Counted from the first letter of the stretch, positions 1 to 9,232 are shown. The stretch: 64,000 bases of DNA from an uncultured Lachnospiraceae bacterium (GCA_946632055.1 CAMPAR010000002.1:10131-74130); one strand, 5' to 3'. Notes: generated from the sequence alone by a model not told the origin. Numbers and translations: made by a program.

Positions 1-93
1 CGGATGCACGGAAAGAACATTAAGGCCGTCCTGTCCTACGATGCCGGGATTCAGAAGGAAGCCGAGGCAAAGGTGAAAGAGGGCGCAATGTGA
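1..93 (+). CDS. 3' end of an unidentified upstream CDS (partial)
   Basis: Frame 1 is open from the window edge to TGA at 91-93 (..HGKNIKAVLSYDAGIQKEAEAKVKEGAM*). Too short to assign a family. Confidence 0.3.
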   Translation, partial: RMHGKNIKAVLSYDAGIQKEAEAKVKEGAM

Positions 94-104
94 CGATAAG
101 CCCC

Positions 105-133
105 TTGCAAAACCGGGAAGGGTATGTTATAAT
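105..133 (+). promoter_or_regulatory. sigma-A type promoter of the tyrS leader
   Basis: TTGCAA (105-110), 17-nt spacer, TATAAT (128-133). Confidence 0.6.
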
Positions 134-139
134 ACGAAC

Positions 140-438
140 ACAATCCACAAGGCAATGAAGGAAACAAGTAAGTCCTCTTTCGGAGCGCACAGAGAGCAGC
201 CGGACGGTGCAAGGCTGCGGCACGAACAGGACCGAATACATTCCGGAGCCGCTTCCTGAAAGAACGCTGTATGGTTAAATGCGGTGTTCCGCGTAGGGAC
301 AGACGGGTGCGCCCGAGACAGCGCGGAGTGTGTGTTTGCACACGGTGAGGGATTCGGCCGCGAGGCTGGTCCGAAACAGAGGTGGTACCACGAGAACTGC
401 TCGTCCTCTGTCCTGTAAAAGGGACAGAGGACTTTTTT
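140..438 (+). promoter_or_regulatory. T-box riboswitch leader with tyrosine specifier codon UAC
   Basis: Stem I AGAGA (191-195) and GGUGCAA distal motif (206-212). Specifier context GAA-UAC-A with UAC at 237-239. Conserved T-box GGUGGUACCACG at 381-392. Terminator hairpin CCUCUGUCC/GGACAGAGG (405-430) plus U-run 433-438. Sits directly upstream of tyrS. Confidence 0.85.
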
Positions 439-475
439 CTCTGTCCGGGAAAGAAGAGGTTTCAGAAAAGGAGAA

Positions 476-1708
476 ATGGAACACATGGGTATTTATGAAG
501 AACTTCAGGAGCGCGGACTGATCGCGCAGGTAACGGACGAGGCTCAGATCCGCGAGCTCGTCAACACGGGAAAGGCGCGCTTCTACATCGGCTTTGACTG
601 CACGGCCGACAGCCTGACCGCCGGACACTTCATGGCGCTGACGCTGATGAAGCGCCTGCAGGAGGCGGGAAACCAGCCGATCGCCCTGATCGGCGGCGGC
701 ACGACGATGATCGGCGACCCCTCGGGCCGGACCGACATGCGTAAGATGTTGACAAGAGAAGACATCGACCATAACGCGGAATGCTTCAAGCGCCAGATGG
801 AGCGCTTCATTGATTTCGGCGAGGACCGCGCGCTCATGGTCAACAATGCGGACTGGCTGCTGAACCTGAACTATATCGATCTTCTCCGCGAGGTCGGCGC
901 CTGCTTCTCGGTCAACAACATGCTCCGCGCGGAATGCTACAAGCAGCGCATGGAGAAGGGTCTGTCCTTCCTGGAATTCAACTACATGATCATGCAGTCA
1001 TACGACTTCTATCATCTTTTCCAGCACTACGGCTGCAACCTGCAGTTCGGCGGCGACGACCAGTGGTCCAATATGCTCGGCGGCACGGAGCTGATCCGCA
1101 GAAAGCTCGGAAAAGACGCGCATGCCATGACGATCACGCTCCTCACGGATTCGCAGGGCAAGAAGATGGGCAAGACCGCCGGAAACGCCGTGTGGCTGGA
1201 TCCGAACAAGACCTCGCCCTTCGAATTCTTCCAGTACTGGCGAAATGTGGACGACGCGGACGTGATGAAGTGCATCCGGATGCTGACCTTCCTGTCTCTG
1301 GAGGAAATCCGTGACATGGATCACTGGGATTCGTCCCGGATCAACGAGAAGAAGGAAGTGCTGGCCTTCGAGCTGACGAAGCTCGTACACGGCGAGGAAG
1401 AAGCGACGAAGGCGCGCGAGGCTTCCCATGCGCTCTTTGCCGGCGGCGGCGACGACGCAAGCATGCCGACGACGGAATTCGCGGACGCGGAGGTTCCGGA
1501 GGAAGGCATGAACATCATGGATCTCCTGGTGAAGACCGGACTTGCAGCGACGCGCTCCGAAGCGAGACGCCTTGTCACGCAGGGCGGCATCTCCGTGGAC
1601 GGCGAAAAGGTGTCCGCAATCGACGCGGCCGTTACGAAGGCGCAGTTCGCGGCCGGCGCGAAGATCCGTAAAGGAAAGAAGGTTTTCCACCGGGTCGTGA
1701 TCCGCTGA
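476..1708 (+). CDS. tyrS: tyrosyl-tRNA synthetase
   Basis: 410 aa. Class I HIGH-type region GFDCTADSLTAGH, KMSKS-type KMGKT, C-terminal S4-like domain (SEARRLVTQGGISVDGEKV). Preceded by the Tyr T-box. Confidence 0.95.
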   Translation: MEHMGIYEELQERGLIAQVTDEAQIRELVNTGKARFYIGFDCTADSLTAGHFMALTLMKRLQEAGNQPIALIGGGTTMIGDPSGRTDMRKMLTREDIDHNAECFKRQMERFIDFGEDRALMVNNADWLLNLNYIDLLREVGACFSVNNMLRAECYKQRMEKGLSFLEFNYMIMQSYDFYHLFQHYGCNLQFGGDDQWSNMLGGTELIRRKLGKDAHAMTITLLTDSQGKKMGKTAGNAVWLDPNKTSPFEFFQYWRNVDDADVMKCIRMLTFLSLEEIRDMDHWDSSRINEKKEVLAFELTKLVHGEEEATKAREASHALFAGGGDDASMPTTEFADAEVPEEGMNIMDLLVKTGLAATRSEARRLVTQGGISVDGEKVSAIDAAVTKAQFAAGAKIRKGKKVFHRVVIR

Positions 1709-1757
1709 AGATGATAAGCCGGATACGCAGTGTCTGTTTGTCCCGGCAGGAAAGAGA

Positions 1758-1796
1758 AAGGCTGCCCTCCCGTAGCGGAGGGCAGCCTTGTTCTTT
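1758..1796. terminator. hairpin terminator between convergent tyrS and the 1832-2443 gene
   Basis: AAGGCTGCCCTCC / GGAGGGCAGCCTT stem (1758-1789) followed by GTTCTTT. Confidence 0.6.
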
Positions 1797-1831
1797 CGCG
1801 GTAAGGCCCTGGAAAACATCAGGCCGGAGGG

Positions 1832-2443
1832 TCAGCAGACCCAGTAGATATTGGCGTGTTCCTCCCTGACGCGGTACCAGATCATGGCGCCGACGTAGAA
1901 GGAATCCCCCGGCTGGATTTTTCGGAGGAAGTTGCCAAGCGTCATAAAGTCGGTCGGGCCGTTGCCGAGGTCGACATAGAAGCCGTCTTTTTTATCCAGG
2001 TCAAAATATTCGTTCAGCGCGTTCATCAGGAGCGCAGCGTTCTCAGTATCATATTCGTCGGGAGAAACCGTCGCGAGCTTTTTCAGAATATCCCGCCAGG
2101 ACTGGAAGGTCCTTCTGGAAAGGTAGCGGGATTTATCGTAAAGCGTCAGCCGGTCCCCCTCGAAATCAAACACGCCCGGGGCGTGAGACTGCAGATACTG
2201 GTAAACCGCGGAGCGGGCTTCCGGATCAAGAGAAAACTGCGGCCCCGACATTCCGTCCGAAATCAGATCCCAGAACCAGCCATGACAGCCAACAGGCCGG
2301 AACTCGCCGTCCGAATCCGTATAGCCCGTATTGTAGCGGGCCGGATCATAATAATTTTCCGGGCTGACGGGTTCGCCTGAAATCTGCAGGATGAAGCCGT
2401 ATTCCCGGTTCGCTTCCCAATCGAAAACTTTCTGATAATTCAT
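1832..2443 (-). CDS. hypothetical cytoplasmic protein, no family recognised
   Basis: ORF with start moved to MNYQKVFDW (ATG at 2443), which has AAAGGA 6 nt upstream. Coding-like composition. No motif I can name. Confidence 0.5.
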   Translation of the reverse strand: MNYQKVFDWEANREYGFILQISGEPVSPENYYDPARYNTGYTDSDGEFRPVGCHGWFWDLISDGMSGPQFSLDPEARSAVYQYLQSHAPGVFDFEGDRLTLYDKSRYLSRRTFQSWRDILKKLATVSPDEYDTENAALLMNALNEYFDLDKKDGFYVDLGNGPTDFMTLGNFLRKIQPGDSFYVGAMIWYRVREEHANIYWVC

Positions 2444-2628
2444 ATCGAATCCTTTCCGGACCCCGGATTTCCCTTGAAATATTCTCCCGGGGATTCCTCT
2501 TGCCCTGTTCCGCTGCAACGAAATGCTCTTTTCCTTAGGTTAACATAAAAACCGTTCAAAAATCAAGCGGATTCTCTGCAGATTCCCACCTTTCACGGTG
2601 ATCCGCCGCGAGAAATTTCGGATAAGAG

Positions 2629-2657
2629 TTGACAGAAGCCGGGATTAATGCTAAATT
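2629..2657 (+). promoter_or_regulatory. candidate promoter of the epimerase/oxidoreductase pair
   Basis: TTGACA (2629-2634), 17 nt, TAAATT (2652-2657). Same hexamer pair as the promoter at 6859-6887. Confidence 0.5.
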
Positions 2658-2747
2658 ATGGTAAAAGAGGCTAAATGAACGACTTTATTTAGCTGGAATT
2701 ATGTTAAAAACGCAGTTATCTTCTGCGGGAAAGGGGACGATTGGATT

Positions 2748-3914
2748 ATGTTTACAGAAGAGATCAGAAAGCATCTGACCGAAGACCTGATTCCGTTCTG
2801 GGATCGCCTGAGGGATGAAGAAAACGGCGGATTCTACGGATTTATGGATTCGGACCTGACGCTGGATAAAACGGCGAAAAAGGGCGGCATTCTGAACAGC
2901 CGGATTCTCTGGTTCTTCAGCAATGCGGCGATGCTTCTTCAGGATGAGCGCTGCCTCGCGGACGCGAAGCAGGCGTACGAGATCCTTCGCGACGCTTTCG
3001 TCGACAAGGAGTACGGAGGAATTTACTGGGCGGTTTCTTATGACGGAAAGCCCGTTGATATTGAAAAGCACGCCTACAACCAGGCGTTTGCGATTTACGG
3101 ACTGTCTTCCTACTATGACGCGTCGAAGGACGAAGAGGCGCTGCAGCTGGCGAAATCCCTGTTCCGGATCGTCGAGACGAAGATGCGCGACGAGGGCGGA
3201 TATCTGGAGGGCTTCGAGCGCGATTTCTCCCCGGCGGACAACGAGCATCTGTCCGAGCACGGCGTGATGGCGTACCGCACTATGAATACGCTGCTGCATC
3301 TTCTGGAGGCTTATACGGAGCTGTACCGCGTGTCAAAGGATCCGGAGGTCCGCGCGAGAATGTGCGAGATGCTGGATATTGTGCACGATCATGTATACAA
3401 CGCGAAGGAACGCCGGCAGGAGTGCTTCTTCGATCTGGAGTATCATTCCCTTGTGGATCTGCATTCCTACGGGCATGATATCGAGGCTTCGTGGCTCGTG
3501 GAGAGAACGCTGGAGATTCTGGACGATGAGGAATATACCGCCAAAATCCTGCCGATTCTGCACGCGGTGAGAGACTGCACGCTGGAGAAGGCCTTCAACG
3601 GTCACTATCTGTATAATGAATGCGGCCAGGAAGGCGTCGACAAGACCGCCGTCTGGTGGGTTCAGGCAGAGACGATCGTCGCGCTCGTCAATGCCTGGCA
3701 GAAGAATCCGGGCCATCCGGAGTATCTGGAGAAGGCCGAGAGCGTCTGGGAATTCGTCAAGGAGTACCTTATTGACCGGGAAGCCGGCGGCGAGTGGAAG
3801 AGCGAGACCGATCCGGACGGAACGGACCACAGACGCCCGATGGTCAGCCTCTGGAAATGCCCGTACCACAACGGACGCATGTGCATGGAAGTGCTGAAAC
3901 GGTTGAACGGCTGA
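2748..3914 (+). CDS. N-acylglucosamine 2-epimerase (AGE) superfamily protein, cellobiose 2-epimerase / aldose-ketose isomerase-like
   Basis: 388 aa. The N-terminus (EEIRKHLTEDLIPFWDRLRDEENGGFYG, ILNSRILWFFSNAA) and overall (alpha/alpha)6-barrel-like repeats are typical of the AGE/YihS family. Substrate not determinable. Confidence 0.75.
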   Translation: MFTEEIRKHLTEDLIPFWDRLRDEENGGFYGFMDSDLTLDKTAKKGGILNSRILWFFSNAAMLLQDERCLADAKQAYEILRDAFVDKEYGGIYWAVSYDGKPVDIEKHAYNQAFAIYGLSSYYDASKDEEALQLAKSLFRIVETKMRDEGGYLEGFERDFSPADNEHLSEHGVMAYRTMNTLLHLLEAYTELYRVSKDPEVRARMCEMLDIVHDHVYNAKERRQECFFDLEYHSLVDLHSYGHDIEASWLVERTLEILDDEEYTAKILPILHAVRDCTLEKAFNGHYLYNECGQEGVDKTAVWWVQAETIVALVNAWQKNPGHPEYLEKAESVWEFVKEYLIDREAGGEWKSETDPDGTDHRRPMVSLWKCPYHNGRMCMEVLKRLNG

Positions 3915-3979
3915 AGTAAAAAAGAAAGCCCGCTTGTTCGGCGGGCAGAAAATAAAGCCTCAATGAAAGGACAAAACTT

Positions 3980-5218
3980 ATGGTAGAGCAGATCAAAGTC
4001 GGTGTCGTCGGCTGCGGCGGCATCTGCAAAGGCACCTACATGGAGAACATGGTCAACAAGTTCGCGATTATCGACGTCGTGGGCGCGTGCGACCAGATTG
4101 AATCCCGTGCGAAATGGATGGAGGATCACTATCCGGGCGTGAAGGCGATGAGCCTTGACGAGATGATGAACGACCCGGAGATCCAGATCATCGTCAACCT
4201 GACCTATCCCGAGTCTCACGTCGCGATCACGAAGATGGCGCTCGAGCACGGAAAGCATGTTTATGTGGAAAAAATGATGGCTCCGACCTTTGAGGAAGCG
4301 AAGATGCTGTATGACCTCGCGAAGGAAAAAGGCCTGATGTACACGACGGCGCCCGATACCTTCCTCGGCTCCTGGGAGCAGGATGCGAGAATGTATCTGG
4401 ACAACGGCATCATCGGTGAGCCCCGGACCGTGCACGCGCAGATTTCGCGCTTCTATGATCCGGATACGCCCTTCTTCGATACCGAGCCGCGCTATTTCTT
4501 CTTCCCGCTTCACTACGGCGGCGGCTTCCCCTTCGATCTCGGCGGCTATTTCATCCACGAGATGATCAACCTCTTCGGCAGCATCAAGCGGGTCTGCGGC
4601 TTCGGCGGCAACCTGATCCCGGAGCGGACCTACAAGAACCCGAAGCATCCGAAGTACGGCGAGACCTTTGAGGTCAACACCCCCACGACGCTGATCGCGG
4701 CGCTGGAGTTCGAGAACGGCGTGCTCGGAACCTTCAATATTTCTTCCGATACGCAGAACACCCTGATCTTCGAAGTGGCAGGCTCTGAAGGCGTCATGCA
4801 TCTCGGCGATCCGAACTCCTTCCGTGAGCCGATCTCCGTGACGCGCCCCGGCGCGAATCCTTCCGCGATCGACATTCCGAGAGGCCCGAAGCCGGCGCCG
4901 GATCCGAATGCCGACAACGACCGTCAGGTGCTCGGCGAAGCGAAGCCCTCGCAGACCGTGATCCTTCCTTCGATGCACGGCTTCTATGAGTCGCTCCGCG
5001 GTGTCGGTCTTGCGGACATGTGCTACGCGCTGAAGAACGGCCGCCGTCCGCGCTGCCATGCGGATATCGGCCTGCATTCCATCGAAGTCATTCACGGCAT
5101 CCAGGAGTCCTGCAGAACCGGTAAGTTCTACGAGATGACGACGAAGTGCGAGCGGCCCGAGCCGCTTCCGGCGAGCGCCTACTCGTCGACCGGCCAGGAG
5201 AGAGTCCTGGACGAATAA
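3980..5218 (+). CDS. Gfo/Idh/MocA family NAD(P)-dependent oxidoreductase (paralog 1)
   Basis: 412 aa. N-terminal Rossmann KVGVVGCGGI and EKMMA motif region. Clear paralog of 42703-43902 and 53495-54673. Confidence 0.85.
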   Translation: MVEQIKVGVVGCGGICKGTYMENMVNKFAIIDVVGACDQIESRAKWMEDHYPGVKAMSLDEMMNDPEIQIIVNLTYPESHVAITKMALEHGKHVYVEKMMAPTFEEAKMLYDLAKEKGLMYTTAPDTFLGSWEQDARMYLDNGIIGEPRTVHAQISRFYDPDTPFFDTEPRYFFFPLHYGGGFPFDLGGYFIHEMINLFGSIKRVCGFGGNLIPERTYKNPKHPKYGETFEVNTPTTLIAALEFENGVLGTFNISSDTQNTLIFEVAGSEGVMHLGDPNSFREPISVTRPGANPSAIDIPRGPKPAPDPNADNDRQVLGEAKPSQTVILPSMHGFYESLRGVGLADMCYALKNGRRPRCHADIGLHSIEVIHGIQESCRTGKFYEMTTKCERPEPLPASAYSSTGQERVLDE

Positions 5219-5224
5219 GTCTTT

Positions 5225-5270
5225 CAAACAACGGACCTGTCCCTTAAAAAAGGACAGGTCTGTTGTTTTG
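5225..5270. terminator. rho-independent terminator
   Basis: CAAACAACGGACCTGTCC / GGACAGGTCTGTTGTTTTG hairpin ending in a T-run. Confidence 0.6.
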
Positions 5271-5320
5271 TAAAGGAAAAGCCTGTGAAAATGAAAGGAG
5301 CTGTGATATGGAGCTGTGAT

Positions 5321-5479
5321 ATGGAGGTCAAATCGGTTCAGTCACCGTCGGACCAGCGCCAGCATGACATTCACAAAACGCTGCACAGAAGCTTTACCGT
5401 AAGAAAGGGAGACTGCATCGTGATCCCGGAGAGCGTCAACGGCGGATTTGCCATGAAGCTGCGTCCGAAGAGGCGGTAA
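5321..5479 (+). CDS. candidate 52-aa small protein (uncertain)
   Basis: ATG at 5321 preceded by GGAG at 7-nt spacing (MEVKSVQSPSDQRQHDIHKTLHRSFTVRKGDCIVIPESVNGGFAMKLRPKRR). The segment VRKGDCIVIPESV is loosely AbrB/SpoVT-like. No other support. Confidence 0.25.
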   Translation: MEVKSVQSPSDQRQHDIHKTLHRSFTVRKGDCIVIPESVNGGFAMKLRPKRR

Positions 5480-5485
5480 AGACAG

Positions 5486-5520
5486 ACAAAAAACCGGGCA
5501 GGGGAATGAACCCTGCCCGG
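5486..5520 (-). terminator. rho-independent terminator of the LacI-family gene
   Basis: CCGGGCAGGG / CCCTGCCCGG stem. On the minus strand it is followed by a T-run (A-run 5486-5493 on plus). Confidence 0.6.
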
Positions 5521-5559
5521 CATAAAGGAGGAATATAGAATGAGAAAGATAAAGAGAGT

Positions 5560-6576
5560 TCAGTTTAAGCTGCACGCGCTGTCTCTGATGACAATGTGAC
5601 CCTCCATGATGTAAAGGCCTTTCCGGTAGTAAACGCCGCGGACCTTTCTTGAAATCAGGTTGACCGCGCATTTCGCCATCCGGTCCAGATCCACCTCGTA
5701 GGAGGTGATGGCGATATCGCAGGCGCCGGGGGCGAGGAAATTGTCGAAACCGACTACGGAAATATCTCCCGGCACGCGGTAGCCTTCGCTCTGCAGACGC
5801 CGGATCAGGACGGAAGCCGTGGTATCGCAGTTGCAGAAGAAGGCGGTCGGCATATCGGAGGGAAGCCTCAGAAGATCCGCGGAATAGATGATTCCGTCCG
5901 CGCCGCGATCCTCAATGATATAATCGGTCCTGCGCGCCTGCCCGTGCTCGGCAAGCGCTTTTTCATAGCCGAAGAGACGGTCCGTGATGGAACCGGTCGA
6001 CAGCGGGGTTCCGACGTAGGCGATTTTGGTATGTCCGAGACCGAAGAGGTAATTGGTCATCGTATAGGCGCCGTAATAGCCGTCCGAAATGATGGCGTCC
6101 GACCCGATGCCTCGTCCGTAGCTGTCGAGAAGCACGTAGGGAACCGACATGTGCTCGGACAGGAAGCGAAGATAGTTTGTCGAAAAGTTGCCCAGAATGA
6201 TCAGTCCGTCCGCCTTGCCCTCCGAGATGAGCCGAGGAAGCGCCGGATCCTTTTCGATATTCCGCGGAATCACTTCGCTCAGGATAAAATTTCCTTCCTT
6301 CTGCGCGTGTACCATCAGCTGCTGCGTCAGCTTGCTGTAGAAGGAAATGTTCTGTTCGACGAATTTTTCGTGGTGGATGAGTGCGAGGTTCAGCCCGGCG
6401 CTCTGGTTCTGCGCGGCGGGGCGCGGCGGCGTATAGCCGATCTCTTCGGCCTTTTCCAGAATCTTCTCCCGAAGATCCGGGCCGACTCCGCTCTTTCCGG
6501 AAAGTGCTTTACTGACAGTCACAATACTGACGCCGAGCGCGTTCGCAATATCAGCCTGCCGGACTTCTTTTTTCAT
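5560..6576 (-). CDS. LacI family transcriptional regulator
   Basis: 338 aa. N-terminal HTH (VRQADIANALGVSIVTVSKALSG) plus a periplasmic-binding-protein-like sugar-binding core. Confidence 0.9.
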   Translation of the reverse strand: MKKEVRQADIANALGVSIVTVSKALSGKSGVGPDLREKILEKAEEIGYTPPRPAAQNQSAGLNLALIHHEKFVEQNISFYSKLTQQLMVHAQKEGNFILSEVIPRNIEKDPALPRLISEGKADGLIILGNFSTNYLRFLSEHMSVPYVLLDSYGRGIGSDAIISDGYYGAYTMTNYLFGLGHTKIAYVGTPLSTGSITDRLFGYEKALAEHGQARRTDYIIEDRGADGIIYSADLLRLPSDMPTAFFCNCDTTASVLIRRLQSEGYRVPGDISVVGFDNFLAPGACDIAITSYEVDLDRMAKCAVNLISRKVRGVYYRKGLYIMEGHIVIRDSACSLN

Positions 6577-6858
6577 ATCAACCTCGTCTTTCTATCTTGT
6601 TCTGAAGACCTGTGTATAAAAAACTCCATTCCACGACTGCTTACTTTCTTCCCGCTGCGTCAGATTGATTCCATACAGCATATCTCCACAATCAGTATAC
6701 ATGATTCAAATAAAAAATGCAAGCTAAATTACTTAATTTAAGTTAAATGTCAGCCGGATCGGTCAGCGGTTCTTCTTTCAAAGGGTCGAACGGATTATAA
6801 AAATGCATAAAAGTTCGCCAAACATTCAAAATAAATTCACAGATCAGACAAAATTCCC

Positions 6859-6900
6859 TTGACAAGGGATAGGAAACATGGTAAATTTAACGTGTTAAAT
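6859..6900 (+). promoter_or_regulatory. promoter of the ABC sugar-uptake operon with an overlapping palindromic operator candidate
   Basis: TTGACA (6859-6864), 17 nt, TAAATT (6882-6887). The 16-bp near-palindrome ATTTAAC-GT-GTTAAAT (6885-6900) overlaps the -10/+1 region. Divergent from the LacI-family gene. Confidence 0.45.
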
Positions 6901-6967
6901 GAAAGGCTAAATCAGCCTAAATGTACCGCTTTTAATCTTTTGCACTTTCTGAAAGGATCGTATTCTC

Positions 6968-7963
6968 ATGGGAAACTTTGATTTAGAGGCCATTCAAAAA
7001 GCTCAGAAAGCAAAGAACCGCAAATCGATCATAAAGAGGATCTGGCGGTATAAGTGGATCTATCTGTTTATGCTGCTTCCGGGACTGGCTGTCATTATCA
7101 TTTTCCGGTATCTGCCGCTTCCGGGCATCGCACTTGCGTGGAAGAAATTCACCCCGACTTTCGGAGCAAAAGGACTTTACAGTTATCTGGCATCCAGTAA
7201 GCCCGTCGGGTGGAAACACTTCGAGAGCCTGTGGCGGGAGAAGGCGTTCTGGAATGCGACAAAGAATACCTTCATGATTTCCATCCTGAAGCTGGTCTTC
7301 GGATTCCCCTTCCCGGTCATCCTGGCGATTCTGATCAACGAGATGACCATGAAGCGCTACAAGAAGGTGATGCAGACAATCTACACCTTCCCGCACTTCC
7401 TCAGCTGGGTTGTCGTGGCCGGCATGGTCCTGAACCTTTTCGGTGATACGGGCGTTGTAAAGAGCGTCGTCAGCAAGTTCAATCCGGACGCGGTTGCGAA
7501 CTGGAACTTCCTGTACAACTCCAGATCGTTCCGGCCGTTGCTGATTATTTCCGATATCTGGAAGGAGGGCGGCTGGGGCACCATCCTCTATCTTGCCGCA
7601 ATCGCCGGCGTTGATCCCTCGCTTCACGAGGCTGCGATCGTCGACGGCGCGAACCGCTTCCAGAGAATCGTTCACATTACGCTTCCGGAGATTACAAGCC
7701 TGATCATCATCATGCTGATCCTTCAGATCGGCAACATGATGAACGCAAACTTCGACCAGATCTTCAACCTGTATTCGGCTCCGGTATTTGATGTCGGTGA
7801 TGTGATTGATACCTATATCTACCGAATCACATTCCAGTCCAGTACGGCAATGGATTACGGCTTCTCGACAGCGGTCGGTCTGTTCAAAAATGTTATCAAC
7901 TTCGTTCTCCTGATCGGCGCAAACCAGATCGCGAAGCTGTTCGGACATGACGGAATCATGTGA
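6968..7963 (+). CDS. ABC sugar transporter permease (LplB-like)
   Basis: 331 aa, multi-TM. EAA-loop region EAAIVDGANRFQRIVHITLPE is typical of CUT1-type permeases. Confidence 0.9.
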   Translation: MGNFDLEAIQKAQKAKNRKSIIKRIWRYKWIYLFMLLPGLAVIIIFRYLPLPGIALAWKKFTPTFGAKGLYSYLASSKPVGWKHFESLWREKAFWNATKNTFMISILKLVFGFPFPVILAILINEMTMKRYKKVMQTIYTFPHFLSWVVVAGMVLNLFGDTGVVKSVVSKFNPDAVANWNFLYNSRSFRPLLIISDIWKEGGWGTILYLAAIAGVDPSLHEAAIVDGANRFQRIVHITLPEITSLIIIMLILQIGNMMNANFDQIFNLYSAPVFDVGDVIDTYIYRITFQSSTAMDYGFSTAVGLFKNVINFVLLIGANQIAKLFGHDGIM

Positions 7964-8080
7964 TGATCCAAGGGAATCCGTACGCTGGCCCCGCATGCTT
8001 GCATGCAAGGGGACGGGCGGACGTGATTCCCGAACAAACACGAGGATGCAGTCCGGCAGGACGGAATCCGAGTGTTTGTA

Positions 8081-8190
8081 GGATGGCGGGAGTGCGAAGC
8101 ACGGCGCCATCCGTGGATCATCGAAAAGTGGCCGCAAGCTTTGGATGGCGGGAGTGCGAAGCACGGGGCCATCCGTGGATCATCGGAAAG
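8081..8190. repeat. two direct copies (62-bp phase) of a ~47-bp hairpin-forming repeat between the two permease genes
   Basis: GGATGGCGGGAGTGCGAAGCACGGCGCCATCCGTGGATCATCGAAAAG (8081-8127) and near-identical 8143-8190. Each contains the inverted repeat GGATGGCG/CGCCATCC. Confidence 0.8.
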
Positions 8191-8215
8191 CAATTCTCTA
8201 AGGAGGCGTACGACA

Positions 8216-9139
8216 ATGGCTAAAAATAAAGTTAAGTATGGGCAAGAAGAAAACGTCGTGGCCGGCGCGCATATGGTGCGGCACGTCCACACATTTGATG
8301 TTATACTGTTTATTCTGCTGACGCTCTTTGCGCTGGTCATTGTTTATCCGTTCTACAATACGATTCTGGTTTCGATCGTACCGCAGGCGGATTATACGAG
8401 GCAGCCCTTCATGCTGATCCCGAAACGGGTCACTTGGGAAAACTACAAGTTCGTTTTCGAGTCGCCGCTTCTGCTTCGTTCCATGCTGAACTCCGTCGTG
8501 CTCGCCGTGGTCGGCACGATCTACAACATGGTGCTGACGGTGCTTCTGGCGTATACCTTTACCAAGCGGGACCTGCCGGGCAGAAATATTTTCCGCTTCA
8601 TCCTGGTCTTCACAATGTACTTCGGCGGCGGCCTGGTTCCGACCTACCTGCTTTACAAAGCGCTCGGCCTTGTCGGCAACTGGTGGGTTCTCGTGCTTCC
8701 GACCGGCGTATCGATCACCTACATGCTGATTATTTCCTCGAACATGTCGGAACTTCCGGCGGAAATTGAGGAATCCGCCAAGATGGACGGCGCAAACGAC
8801 ATCCAGATTCTTTTCAAGATTGTCCTTCCGCTGATCAAACCGATCCTCGCCACCTTCACGATTTATTACGCGGTGGAACGCTGGAATGAGTGGTACAGCG
8901 CCATGCTTTACTTAAAGGACAACAAGCTCTGGCCGCTGCAGATGGCACTTCGTCAGATTATTTCCAGTGCGACCTCGATCAGCACGGTGGCTATGACGGG
9001 TGAGACCAGACCTCCGATCTATGGCGAAGGCATCAAGATGGCCTGTATCGTCGTGACGGTCTTCCCGCTGATGGCACTCTATCCGTTCCTGCAGCGCTAC
9101 TTCCTGACCGGACTGACGCTCGGCGCAGTCAAGGGCTGA
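8216..9139 (+). CDS. ABC sugar transporter permease (LplC-like)
   Basis: Start moved to MAKNKVKYG (ATG 8216, AAGGAGG upstream). EAA-loop ESAKMDGANDIQILFKIVLPL. Confidence 0.9.
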   Translation: MAKNKVKYGQEENVVAGAHMVRHVHTFDVILFILLTLFALVIVYPFYNTILVSIVPQADYTRQPFMLIPKRVTWENYKFVFESPLLLRSMLNSVVLAVVGTIYNMVLTVLLAYTFTKRDLPGRNIFRFILVFTMYFGGGLVPTYLLYKALGLVGNWWVLVLPTGVSITYMLIISSNMSELPAEIEESAKMDGANDIQILFKIVLPLIKPILATFTIYYAVERWNEWYSAMLYLKDNKLWPLQMALRQIISSATSISTVAMTGETRPPIYGEGIKMACIVVTVFPLMALYPFLQRYFLTGLTLGAVKG

Positions 9140-9232
9140 CGGAAAGTTTTACTACTTGTATAGATTGTAAAGCGGAGGTGTTTCGCTTTACTCTATAATA
9201 ATAAAAAAATTCTTTTAGAAGGGAGAAAAACA

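Noticed and set aside
3662-5227. Other long antisense or overlapping ORFs. Examples: 3662-5227(-), 9245-11026(-), 10909-12417(-), 16868-17839(-), 22198-23598(-), 32318-33283(-), 40077-41744(-), 42535-43677(-), 44816-46969(-), 50383-51363(-), 56519-57622(-), 57891-58688(-), 61686-62372(-), 63405-63869(-).
   Set aside because: Each lies opposite a gene with clear family signatures and shows the same Arg/Leu/His-rich low-complexity composition with no motifs. They are treated as GC-driven shadow ORFs.
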